A stretch of 64,000 bases of DNA from Candidatus Marinacidobacterales bacterium (GTDB taxonomy: Bacteria > Acidobacteriota > Vicinamibacteria > Marinacidobacterales > DATDRI01): NCBI GenBank assembly GCA_965219415.1, contig OZ244742.1, forward strand, positions 1,376,001 through 1,440,000, in the 5' to 3' direction. The notes beneath the pieces are model-generated. The model searched no databases. It saw only the letters and a program-made list of their open reading frames with translations, and was not told the DNA's origin. Position 1 is the stretch's first letter, and every line of letters starts with the position of its first letter. A program made the position numbers and the translations under genes. This document shows, piece after piece, positions 18,951 through 28,625 of the stretch.

Positions 18951-19858
18951 ACGACCGCCCCCTCCAAGAGACTGAGCCCGTCGTCGTCGATTCGCACTCG
19001 GACCCCGAAGGGTAGAGTCTGGGCGGGAGAAACCGAGTGCCCAGAGGGGAAACCGGACAACACGGGTACCCCGAGTTGCCGGGTGGCATCCTTCAGTACT
19101 TCATCCAAGTCGTACCCTTGTGAGGCGTGCTGCTCACAATTGGGCATCTCGCCGAAAACTAAGCCCCGAACCGCGTCCAGGTGTCCCGCCATCCGGAGTT
19201 GCTGCAACATGCGATCGATTTGATAAGGCTTGACCGCCGTGTCCTCGAGAAAAACGATGGCGTCAGAGAAACTGGGTAGATACGGTGTACCGACCAGAGC
19301 GGAAACCAGCGAAAGACAACCTCCCAACAACGTCCCCTCTGCGGCACCTGGGTGGAGAACTCGCACCGACGCGGGAAGCCGTCCTGCTGGTTCCGGGTTA
19401 CCGAGGATTCCAAGAAGATTTTCGACGTCGTACGCGGAGTCCCCTCTCGCCATCTGCTGCGCCACCATCGGGCCGTGGAAGGAGACCATGCCGGCTTGTC
19501 CTGCCAAGAAGCACAGCAAGGCGGTGGAATCGCTGGCTCCGAGAAGGATCTTAGGGTTGGCCTTCAGACGATTCGGGTCCAACCGTTCCAGCAAGTCCAG
19601 GCTGCCGTATCCACCGCGCGCACAAAAAATGCCGGCCACCTCCGGATCTTCCCAAAGCTCCACGAAATCGGCCGTGCGCTGCTCGGCGTCGCCCGCTGTA
19701 AATCGAGAGCGAGCATAAAGCGAGCTCCCTAGCCGAGTACGAAACCCAAGCCGGGAGAGCTCCGCCAAGCCCCTCTCCATGAACTCGGCGCGCACCGGGC
19801 TTGCTGGCGCGATGACGCCGACTGTTGCCGACGGTTTCAGAGCGGGTGGTTTAAGCAT
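18947..19858 (-). CDS. ldcA: LD-carboxypeptidase (S66)
   Basis: ARGGYG, GASDSTAL, FHGPM, GGCLS, FLED, SGH. Confidence 0.9.
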   Translation of the reverse strand: MLKPPALKPSATVGVIAPASPVRAEFMERGLAELSRLGFRTRLGSSLYARSRFTAGDAEQRTADFVELWEDPEVAGIFCARGGYGSLDLLERLDPNRLKANPKILLGASDSTALLCFLAGQAGMVSFHGPMVAQQMARGDSAYDVENLLGILGNPEPAGRLPASVRVLHPGAAEGTLLGGCLSLVSALVGTPYLPSFSDAIVFLEDTAVKPYQIDRMLQQLRMAGHLDAVRGLVFGEMPNCEQHASQGYDLDEVLKDATRQLGVPVLSGFPSGHSVSPAQTLPFGVRVRIDDDGLSLLEGAVV

Positions 19859-19921
19859 GGACTCGTTGAACGGTTTTGTAGAAACGGGGAACGGCTTTGA
19901 GACGGTGGAAATCGGCGGAGC

Positions 19922-20407
19922 CTATTTTGTCTCCTCTGCCGCATCTTGGGTAAGGGCCTGCAGTCTTTGGCGAACGCGGGCGTTCACCGCTTTGCCGTCC
20001 ACGGTCTTTCCCGTGGTCTGGAGGCGAGCCATGGTTCCTTTCATGACCGCCCCCATATCCTTCGGTCCTTGAGCCCCGAGCTCCTCGATGACTCCCGCCA
20101 CGGCCGCGTCTATCTCCCCTGCTGAAACCGGCTCCGGCAAGTAGGATTCGATCCATGCCTTCTCCCGCCGTTCCTTTTCTGCGAGGTCGGCTCGGCCGCC
20201 CTTCTCGAATTGCTCGATGGCCTCCACCCGTTGTTTGAGTTGAGTTTTGAGGACCTGGACGGCATCTTCGTCGGAAAGTTTGGCCTTTTTTTCAATCTCT
20301 TTATACTTTAGGGCGGCCTTCATCATGCGAAGAACCGACACCCGAGCCGGCTCCTTAGCCTTCATTGCCTGGACCATATCCTTTTGGATTTGCTCAACTA
20401 GATCCAT
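19922..20407 (-). CDS. GatB/YqeY domain protein
   Basis: AMKAK...KQRVEAIEQFEKGGRADLAEKE...YLP...KDMGAVM. Confidence 0.92.
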   Translation of the reverse strand: MDLVEQIQKDMVQAMKAKEPARVSVLRMMKAALKYKEIEKKAKLSDEDAVQVLKTQLKQRVEAIEQFEKGGRADLAEKERREKAWIESYLPEPVSAGEIDAAVAGVIEELGAQGPKDMGAVMKGTMARLQTTGKTVDGKAVNARVRQRLQALTQDAAEETK

Positions 20408-20470
20408 GGAATTCGAAACCTTTTATTGTGCGGGCTTCTTAGACACTACCACAAATGTCGGTCCCTCGGC

Positions 20471-20500
20471 ACATTATAGACGGGGGGCCGTCTATAATGT
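20471..20500. promoter_or_regulatory. Perfect inverted repeat carrying TATAAT on both strands between divergent genes
   Basis: ACATTATAGACGG-GGGG-CCGTCTATAATGT. Confidence 0.7.
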
Positions 20501-20533
20501 CGACCATGCTGTTGGCGTCCTGAGGAGGTCTTG

Positions 20534-21970
20534 ATGAACCAATGGTCTATGGTCATAGCTCTTATATTGGCGCTCGCCACGTTTCTTCCGCGAGGCGATG
20601 TTCGCGCCCAAGAAGAGGGGCTCGATCCCCCGCGTTCCGCTTGGCTGGGTGCGAGCCCTGCCCTCCGCGACACCATCGAACACCACGCAAGGGGATACAA
20701 GGCTTTCATGAACGGCGCCAAGACCGAGCTCAGCTTCGTTTCCGAAGCGGTCGAGATCGCGCAACAAGCGGGCTATCGGAAACTACGGGGGGACTCCGAT
20801 CTCGTTCCCGGCGCCCGTCTCTACGATGTCAACCGTGACCGGACTCTCACGTTGATCGTCATAGGCCAGGAGGATATGCGCAGCGGCTTTAGAATCGTGG
20901 GCGCACATATCGACTCTCCAAGGATCGAGGTTAAACCACGCGCCCTCTATCAGGCTGAGGAGTTTGCGCTCTTTCAAACCAACTCCCACGGTGGCCTCAA
21001 AACCTACGAGTGGACCAACATCCCGCTGGCGCTCATGGGCAGGGTCGACAAGAAGGACGGCACGACGGTTGAGATCTCGTTGGGGAACGAGCCGGGCGAG
21101 CCGATCTTCATTATTCCCGATCTCTCACCCCACGTTGACCGAGACCTGCGGGAGCGCAAGAGTCGCGACGTCGTCGCCCACGAGGAATTGGACCCGTTAG
21201 TGGGTCACGTACCCAAAGAAGGCAAAGACGTGAAAGCGGCGATCACCTCGTATCTCAAATCGACTTACGCCATAGACCGAGATGACTTCGTCTCTGCAGA
21301 ACTAGCGTTGGTTCCGGCGTACGCGGCACGCGATGTCGGCTTCGACCGAGGTTTAATGGCGATTTACGGTCAAGACGATCGTCTTTCGGCCTATGCGGCG
21401 CTTCGCGCCAACATGAACGCCGATGCCCCTCGCTTTACGGGAATCGCCTACCTCGTCGACAACGAGGAAACGGGGAGCTACAACAACACCGGCGCGCGGT
21501 CGACCTACCTCGTGGATCTCATGAGCCGACTCATGTCGACCAAGATGGCCGACGCCTATCAGGAACGTTGGCTCCGGCGATCGCTCAGTGCCACTAAGGT
21601 AATCTCGTCCGACGTGAATCCGGGGATCAACCCTCTTTGGCCTTCGGCGTGGGAGCCAACCAACGCTCCCCGGCTCGGCTACGGCGTCAACCTCAAGCTG
21701 TACGGGAGAGGGTTTAACGCGAACTCCGAGTATATTGCATGGATGAGGAACCTGCTCGACGGCGAAGAGATCCCTTGGCAGACGGCTACTTACAAGGTCG
21801 GAGGAGGCGGTGGCGGTGAGGGAACGATCGGCCTGTTCCTCTCGGACGACAACATGGAGGTCATCGACCTCGGCGTCCCGGTGCTATCGATCCACACGCC
21901 CTACTCAATCAGCTCCAAAATTGATGTTTACTACCTTTACCGCGCAATGCTGGCTTTCTTCTCAAATTGA
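20534..21970 (+). CDS. M18-family aminopeptidase with N-terminal signal peptide
   Basis: GAHIDSPR, YGQDDR, DNEETGS, SSDVN, GVPVLSIHTP; signal-like IALILALATFL...VRA. Confidence 0.88.
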   Translation: MNQWSMVIALILALATFLPRGDVRAQEEGLDPPRSAWLGASPALRDTIEHHARGYKAFMNGAKTELSFVSEAVEIAQQAGYRKLRGDSDLVPGARLYDVNRDRTLTLIVIGQEDMRSGFRIVGAHIDSPRIEVKPRALYQAEEFALFQTNSHGGLKTYEWTNIPLALMGRVDKKDGTTVEISLGNEPGEPIFIIPDLSPHVDRDLRERKSRDVVAHEELDPLVGHVPKEGKDVKAAITSYLKSTYAIDRDDFVSAELALVPAYAARDVGFDRGLMAIYGQDDRLSAYAALRANMNADAPRFTGIAYLVDNEETGSYNNTGARSTYLVDLMSRLMSTKMADAYQERWLRRSLSATKVISSDVNPGINPLWPSAWEPTNAPRLGYGVNLKLYGRGFNANSEYIAWMRNLLDGEEIPWQTATYKVGGGGGGEGTIGLFLSDDNMEVIDLGVPVLSIHTPYSISSKIDVYYLYRAMLAFFSN

Positions 21971-22129
21971 AGCAACTGCTCCACGGCCCGCGAGGGCCGT
22001 CGGCCGGGAGGAATTGGCTCAGCGAATCCGGTAGCCAAGGGAACCCGGCCGGGTTTGGGGCGCGAGCGAGGGTGGGGTCCCCGCGAGCATAAATAGATTG
22101 AAGCAACTGCTCCACGGCCCGTGAGGGCC
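21966..22129. repeat. 33-bp direct repeat flanking a 98-bp structured insert
   Basis: ATTGAAGCAACTGCTCCACGGCCCG(C/T)GAGGGCC at 21966-21998 and 22097-22129; inner hairpin GGCCGGG..TTGGCT..AGCCAA..CCCGGCC. Confidence 0.85.
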
Positions 22130-22131
22130 TC

Positions 22132-23757
22132 TCACCTAACGAGGGTTTGCTCGGAGTCGGAGTCCGAGTCCGAATCCTCGGACTCCGAGACACCGGAATC
22201 GGTCGACACCCCGGACGACCGCGCCAGGCCCACCAGGGCGATCGATCGCCTGGGATAGTTTCTCCATCTCCGGGTAGTCCTTGGGGGACGGAAGGACCGG
22301 CTTCTCACCTCGCCCAAAAGACTTCACGACTCGGGCGAGCTCGTCCACCGGTCTCACTGTTAAGTGCCTTGCCAGGACCACGCTGGTATAGGCCCATCCC
22401 ACAATGAGTGGCAAGCCGGTAAAAACCGCGACCAACGCCGAGTTCGTTCTCAAGGCGATGCTCGCCAGTATGAAGGTCACGATCAATCCAACCCCGGACA
22501 GCACGAGGATGAACTTCGTTTGCCAGGGCAGAAGAGCAAACCGCTCCGCGCTTCGGAACATGAAGGCAGCAGCAGCCTGGCGAGACTTCACGACTTGGGT
22601 CAATTGAGCAGTGCGACGTTTCACGACGCTGGCGAACGGCTCTCGCTCGGGAACCAAAACGGCGTCCTCCGCGACGCGGGCCGAGGTGGCCGCTTCTTCC
22701 GCGAAGTTTCGAGTTTCGTCTACTTCACCCTCAACCGCGTGCGCTTTTTCACCGGCACTCAAAACGACCGCCGCGGAGCTTTCCTCCGATTCAGCGGGCT
22801 CCTTGCTAAGACTACGGTCGCCGCCGAGCCTTCCTCCGGGTCGGCAGGCTCTCCGGCTAGAACGACCGTCCCTGAGTCCTCCTCTGAGTCGGCTGCCGCT
22901 TTCGCGAGAACGACGGTCCCCGAGCCTTCCTCCGGGTCGGCAGGCTCTCCGGCTAGAACGACCGTCCCTGAGTCCTCCTCTGAGTCGGCTGCCGCTTTCG
23001 CGAGAACGACGGTCCCCGAGCCTTCCTCCGGGTCGGCAGGCTCTCCGGCTAGAACGACCGTCCCTGAGTCCTCCTCTGAGTCGGCTGCCGCTTTCGCGAG
23101 AACGATGGTCCCCGAGCCGTCCTCCGGGTCGGCGGGCTCTTTAGCCAACACCACCGTTTGCGGGCCGTTACCTCCGTCGGCCGAGTCTTGGGAGTTCGGC
23201 GCTAGCATGATGGTCTCGTCTGCATCGGGCTCACCGCCGGCCAGCACTACGGTCGCATCGGCGCGATCCTCGCTCGGCGCGTAAACCACAGCGTTTGCCG
23301 GCTGGCCGGGTCGCAAGGCAACGGTCTTGTCCGTTTGGGGGGCTGGCAAAATGATGGTGGGCTCTTCACCCTCCAGGATTTCCGGCTCGGGGTCCGCTGG
23401 CACGCCGTCTTCTTCGAACGCGATCTCAAGGCCGCCCAACCGGATGGCGTCACCGGGTCGGAGCAAACGCTCGCCGACCTTCTCCTCGTTCACCCACATC
23501 CCATTGCGACTCCCCAAATCGACGAGCCTTACGCCGTCCGGGCCGGGCTCGATGCGGGCGTGCCGGCGGGAAAGCTTCTGGTTCACGAAGAACAGATCGC
23601 AGTTGGGGTCGCGGCCGATTACGATCGCGGAATCGCCGAGCTCGTGGCTAGTCGTCCAGTCACCGTTGGTGACGATAATTCGCTTTCCCACGCCGAGATC
23701 TTCACCTGTCGGAACCCGCAGCAGCGAGGTGGCGGTGCGGTACACGGTTCGAGACAA
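22132..23757 (-). pseudogene. FHA domain, acidic T-x-x-L repeat region, two TM helices, HAMP-like segment and acidic tail; two frameshifts (~22807, ~22237)
   Basis: VIGRD...LSRRHA...DLGSRNG (FHA). ORFs 22759-23757, 22136-22762 and 22132-22317 join through single-base indels in short homopolymers. Confidence 0.8.
22825..23140 (-). repeat. 96-bp tandem repeat (about 3.3 copies; each is two diverged 48-bp halves)
   Basis: Units start at 22825, 22921, 23017 and 23113; encodes GTVVLAKAAADSEEDSGTVVLAGEPADPEEGS. Confidence 0.95.
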
Positions 23758-23873
23758 GGATCTGAACCGAAGCGAGGCATGAAATCAACTGCCCCGGCCG
23801 GGGTGGTGGGAAATGGCGGGGGAGCACGCCGGAAAATCGGGGAATCGGCCCGTAGAGCGCGCCTGGCAGCCGT

Positions 23874-26102
23874 CTATTGCCCCAGCTCCCGGAGTTTCCT
23901 CTCCGCCAACGGCATCACTCGCGGCCCGTCGTTCGATTGGACGGTCGCTTCAGGAAACTGGAGGGCCTGTTGGAACATGCGGACGGCCTCGGCCTTCTCA
24001 TCGAGGCGCTCATAAGAAACGCCCGTGTAGTAGTAGACCGTCCCCTGCGATATCCCCGGTTCCGAGGGGAGCGTTATTCGAGGAAGGTGCTCGCGGAGCG
24101 CGGTTTCGTAGTTACCCAGCTCCATGTGACAGAGCGCCAAGTTGAGACGGGCAAGGGGCTCGACTGATGGCTCCACCACCATCCGATGCCTGAGATCGAT
24201 GATCGCCTTGTTATAGAGGAAGTCGGGGCGATTCATGGGAATCTCCAACGGGGTCATCCCCACAGAGATTTGAGCGTCCCGAGAAGCCCCCTGCCTCTGT
24301 AGTCTTACCGACAAGGTGTCGCCCGGCTCTTTCGCAACCACTTTCGAAAGAAGTGTCGGCGTATCGTTCACCGGCTGGCCGTCGACATCCACGATGACGT
24401 CCCCCAGCTCGATACCCGCCTGATCTGCCGGTCCGTTGGGGCCAATCTTGAGAACGGTGGGCCCGCCGCCGAGGTGGGTGTCTACGCTTTGAAGACCGAT
24501 CCAGCTGCCGTGGATCGGAGTCGAGCTGGACAGCACCTCCACGAAAGCGGGCATGGCCCCCTGATCCAAATAGTTGAGACTATAGATGTCCGGCGCCGTG
24601 GAGCCGGTTGCCCAGAGGTTGAAGACCACATCTTTCGTTAGCTTTTGCGCCTGGACGTACCCAACCAACAAGGCTTCGACCTCAAGCGACTCGCCGACCT
24701 TCTCCGACAGATCGCGAGCGAGCTCGGGGTCCGCTTGCGAAAGTTCCCCGGCAACGTCCTTGGACACGAACTTCATGAGCCCGTCCCGCCCCAGCAGGTC
24801 GATCGCCTGCTCAGCCGAGACCTGGATGAGGTTCATCGCCGTGAGCTTCTGCAGCTCTGCCGTTACGTTCGTGCGCACATCCTCTAGATCCCGGTTCGAA
24901 ACTCCCGGTTCGACGGCTATGCCGAAGAAGGCGAGGCTCGGGCGAATCGGGCACTCCAGTGACAGATCCTCGTCCCTACCTAACTCGATGTCTGCCACGT
25001 ACTTGCCGGTGGGGTGCTTGACCTCCACGTGGTGAGGACCGGAACAAACCCGGCCGAGGTCGAGCGGGGTATTGCCCTTGTACTCTCCGTCGATGAACAC
25101 ACGCGCCCCGTCCGGGGTGCTGGTCATCCTGAGCTGGCCTATCGAGTCCTCCAGTCGGATGATCTGTGCCGTGTAATCCTTCGGCTCTTCGGCCTCGAAC
25201 GCGATCTGAACCGATTCATAGCAGTCCCGGCGAAACTCCACGGTGTGCCGACCGACCCGAAGCGCGGCCAGGTCAAAAGGAGCGGACAGTTGCTCGACAT
25301 CGTACTCGGCGGGCATGAAACTCCGAAGGTCCGGGGGGAGGTTCCCCGCCGTCTTTCCGACAAGCTCGCCGTCGACCCAGACTTCGACGTCGGAGGGCTG
25401 GGTGATGATTGGAAGCTTGGCACTGTTCCGAACCAGCGTGACATCGATCGTCCTGGTTTCGCCAGGGAGGATATCCACCTCCGCCCTGGAGACCGGATCG
25501 TGCCCAACGAGCTCGATTTCTACCGCTGCGATACCGGTATGAACCTCGACCGGGAAGAAGTTGGTGATTCCCACCAAGTCACCATTCACCGTAACCCGGG
25601 CTCCGGGAGGTTCGGAGTTCACGGCGATGAATCCGACTAACCTCTTCTTCTGATCTTCGAAGAAGTCGATGATTTTCGGCGAGAGCTGCTCCTGATCGAG
25701 AGCATAGCGGGGATTGGCGAGGATGAGCTGGCGGAAGTCATCGGCCGCCCCCTGGACCTGGCCGGCGTTGAAGTAGGCCCGAGCCCGGTGTTCGAAGGAT
25801 CGTTGCTGCAACTCCTTCAATTCGTCCGAGATTTGGTCCCGCATGCGTCGCTCGTCATCGATCGCCTGGACGATTTGAGTAAGGAATTCGATGGACTGTG
25901 ACTGCCGTTGCGGGTCCTGGAACAAGTCCATCGCTTCGGAATATTGCTGTGAAAGCTGGAACAGAAGCTCTTGATCCCCGATGGAGACCTCTTCTTGAAT
26001 CGGTGCCAGGCCGCACATCGCGAGCGCGGCAAGCCACAGTAATGGGTATCTACCGAGTCTATCGAAACCGGATGACTGTTTTTGCCTTATCATCATAAAC
26101 AT
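23874..26102 (-). CDS. Exported TPR, PEGA, PDZ and TPR domain protein (start approximate)
   Basis: VNSEPPGARVTVNG and STPDGARVFIDGEYKGNTP (PEGA); GPADQAGIELGDVIVDVDG (PDZ); signal-like LLWLAALAMCG. Confidence 0.82.
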   Translation of the reverse strand: MFMMIRQKQSSGFDRLGRYPLLWLAALAMCGLAPIQEEVSIGDQELLFQLSQQYSEAMDLFQDPQRQSQSIEFLTQIVQAIDDERRMRDQISDELKELQQRSFEHRARAYFNAGQVQGAADDFRQLILANPRYALDQEQLSPKIIDFFEDQKKRLVGFIAVNSEPPGARVTVNGDLVGITNFFPVEVHTGIAAVEIELVGHDPVSRAEVDILPGETRTIDVTLVRNSAKLPIITQPSDVEVWVDGELVGKTAGNLPPDLRSFMPAEYDVEQLSAPFDLAALRVGRHTVEFRRDCYESVQIAFEAEEPKDYTAQIIRLEDSIGQLRMTSTPDGARVFIDGEYKGNTPLDLGRVCSGPHHVEVKHPTGKYVADIELGRDEDLSLECPIRPSLAFFGIAVEPGVSNRDLEDVRTNVTAELQKLTAMNLIQVSAEQAIDLLGRDGLMKFVSKDVAGELSQADPELARDLSEKVGESLEVEALLVGYVQAQKLTKDVVFNLWATGSTAPDIYSLNYLDQGAMPAFVEVLSSSTPIHGSWIGLQSVDTHLGGGPTVLKIGPNGPADQAGIELGDVIVDVDGQPVNDTPTLLSKVVAKEPGDTLSVRLQRQGASRDAQISVGMTPLEIPMNRPDFLYNKAIIDLRHRMVVEPSVEPLARLNLALCHMELGNYETALREHLPRITLPSEPGISQGTVYYYTGVSYERLDEKAEAVRMFQQALQFPEATVQSNDGPRVMPLAERKLRELGQ

Positions 26103-27564
26103 AGAGGGCTCCAGTCCCGTCCACATCGAGTGTCTTGGGTTTGCCGAGCGCACCGCCGCCCAAATTGCTGCCGGTGAGGAGTGCGACGAACTCGTACGAG
26201 GGATCGAACACCGCCACCTGTCCCGAGTTTTCGTCGAGCAGATAGACATACCCGGCGGGTCCCACCGCGACGTCGACGGGTTTCTTGAGGTTCCACTTCG
26301 CGCCGCGCTTCTGCAGGCGCGCGGTCCTGACACCATCGGGAGTATAGACCTGCAGACCCCGATCCTTCTTGTCCATGATTATGATGTTTCCGGAGGTATC
26401 CACTTCTAGGAGGAGCACTTCCCGAGGCGTCGTGTCGGGAAACGGACCCTTGACGTTCCCGCTGGGATCGAAGCGTAGTACTTTCTTCTGGCTTTCGTCG
26501 TAGACGTAGAGTTCGCCGAACCGATCCCGCGTCGCCGCCCTGATCTTCTCGAGTGGCTTCGGCCCCTTCTCGTCCGGAACCTTGAGCACCATCGCCCGTC
26601 CCCCGATGATCAGTGCCTTCTGGTTCGCCACTACCAGGATACCCCAAGGGTCGATCGACAACGACCGAGGATCGGCCGCCGCCTGAGTGCCGGCGAGCCT
26701 ACCGTTGTTATCGAATGTTACGACGCGCTTGTTCCCCTTTTCTAGCACATGGATCCCGGATGACGAGACCCGCACCGCCAGCACGCCCTTGAACTTCTGG
26801 ACCTGAGGATTGAAAGCGGTATCCTTCTGGAAGGAGATCGGCCGGCCGAAACGAGGATTAGCGTAGAACCGAAACACGAGCGTCAGCAGATCGAGTGCCC
26901 CTGCTGCTTCGGCGGAATCTGGCCACTGGTTTCGCGCCCGTTGTAACTCGAGCATCCCCTGAAACGGATTGCCCAATCGCACCGTACTGCGACCGATCCC
27001 CACTTGTGCACCGGGGGCGGAGCGGGAGTTGGTGTGCTCGGTCACGACCTGCGAATAGACGTCCACCGCTTCCTGCCAGCGCCCCAAACGCTCAAGGGCG
27101 AGACCGGTCGCGGTGAGGGCGGGCGCCACGAACTCGCTCTGCGGGTAGAGGCGGATCACGCGTTGGAAATTCGCCATCGCGTCGTCCAAGGCCTTCCCGC
27201 TGCGGTCGGATCGAAGGGCCACCTGACCTAGGAAGTAGTATGCGCCCGGCGCCTTGTCACCGGTGGGATAACGCTGCAACAATGCGGCGAAGCTCTGTTC
27301 CGCCTGCTCAAAATCCCTTTCGACCTCCAAGTAGTACTCGCCGATGTGTAGCATCGCGTCATCCGCGTAGTCGGTCTCGGCCATCGAACTAACGATGATT
27401 TGAAAATCGTTGAGAGCCTGCTTGTACCGCTCCTGGTTGTAGAACTGCAGACCGCTCTCCAAGTGCTTGCGGGCGATATCCGACGGCCCGTCCTGGACCG
27501 GAGCTGCCGAAACCGCGCCGCTCCAACCGAGCAAAACCAACCCAGCTATGTTACGGATGCGCAT
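26059..27564 (-). CDS. Exported BamD/YbgF-like TPR plus NHL beta-propeller protein
   Basis: Signal peptide; YPTGDKAPGAYY and YPQSEFVAPAL; KPVDVAVGPAGYVYLLD and LDVDGTGALYVYD. Confidence 0.82.
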   Translation of the reverse strand: MRIRNIAGLVLLGWSGAVSAAPVQDGPSDIARKHLESGLQFYNQERYKQALNDFQIIVSSMAETDYADDAMLHIGEYYLEVERDFEQAEQSFAALLQRYPTGDKAPGAYYFLGQVALRSDRSGKALDDAMANFQRVIRLYPQSEFVAPALTATGLALERLGRWQEAVDVYSQVVTEHTNSRSAPGAQVGIGRSTVRLGNPFQGMLELQRARNQWPDSAEAAGALDLLTLVFRFYANPRFGRPISFQKDTAFNPQVQKFKGVLAVRVSSSGIHVLEKGNKRVVTFDNNGRLAGTQAAADPRSLSIDPWGILVVANQKALIIGGRAMVLKVPDEKGPKPLEKIRAATRDRFGELYVYDESQKKVLRFDPSGNVKGPFPDTTPREVLLLEVDTSGNIIIMDKKDRGLQVYTPDGVRTARLQKRGAKWNLKKPVDVAVGPAGYVYLLDENSGQVAVFDPSYEFVALLTGSNLGGGALGKPKTLDVDGTGALYVYDDKAKTVIRFR

Positions 27565-27588
27565 TATGGGAACCCCTTCTAACGATTC

Positions 27589-28576
27589 TTACCGACTCCG
27601 GCCGGTCACGTAAGTAGTCTTGCCCAGCTCCACTTCCATAACGTATTCTCTCGTCACACCCGACCATTCGAACTGAAACGTGTGCCGACCTACCACTATG
27701 GCCTTGTTGTCGAACGGGGGAGCCTCGGCGGCGACACCGTCGACGGTCAGCGTGCACTTCTCCGGGGACGCACGCACCGAGAACCTTCCCAGGGCCGGTG
27801 CGTCGATGGTCGTCGTCTCCCCTTGTTTGATTTCTGCGGTGACCGCTCTGTTCAAGAACACCTCGGGAGCGACCAGACTAACCTCGTATCGCCCCAGCAT
27901 CAACTTGACCGACGGCGAGGCGGCCCCGCTGGCCAGCGAACGACCACCCCTGACCACGGAGACGGGGTAGGAGCTTCTAACTACGAGGGTGCCCGGATCG
28001 ACCGTCGAGCTGCTTTGCGCCCCGCACCTGCTCGGGGGACATATAGTGGATGGTGCCCACCATCATTCCGCTCTTCGTGATCTGCGTCTCACCCTCGATC
28101 CGGGCGATGCCGAAGTCCATGATCTTGACCATGCCATCATCCATCCATCGTACGTTGGATGGTTTCATGTCGCGGTGAACGACTCGTTTGCGGTGAGCGA
28201 AGTCGAGGGCCTTGCAAAGCTGCCCTGTGATGTCCAGCGCCTCGGAGAAAGGAATGGACTTTTCGGCGTGGATCAAGCCGGCGAGATCTGCGCCCTCGAG
28301 ATACTCCATGACGATGTAGGGCTTTTCGTTGCCGCCGAAGTTCCCCAACTCGTAGATGGTCACGATGTTCGGATGTTGGAGCTGCGCCGCGGCCCTGGCT
28401 TCCCGTTCGAACCGCTCGCGAGAATCCGCTTCCGCGATGGCATCGGTGGTCAAGGTCTTGATGGCTACCCGCCGGTTGAGGCGGGGGTCATGGCCCTCGT
28501 AGACGTAACCCATTCCGCCGCGGCCTATCCGCCGCACGACAAAGAATTTCCCTATTCGTGGCTCGAGAGCACTCAT
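27589..28576 (-). pseudogene. Hanks-type Ser/Thr kinase with C-terminal PEGA-like domains; internal deletion removes the end of the kinase domain and the linker/TM
   Basis: IGRGGMG, VAIK, HRDMKPSN, DFG, GTIHYMSPEQ, LDGRS, then an out-of-frame jump at GATCCG (~27994-27999) to DPGTLVVRSSYPVSV. Confidence 0.85.
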
Positions 28577-28625
28577 ATCTTCGTCTTCTCAGGAATACGA
28601 CGGTCGCGACGACCGCACCAGCCGC

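Noticed and set aside
21966-22129. Mini-CRISPR (ATTGAAGC plus hairpin in a 33-bp repeat)
   Set aside because: Only two copies, a 98-bp structured spacer, ATTGAAGC at the wrong end relative to the hairpin, and no cas genes.
22825-23140. Tandem repeat as CRISPR or ncRNA array
   Set aside because: No unique spacers; the period is a multiple of 3 and it lies within a coding region.
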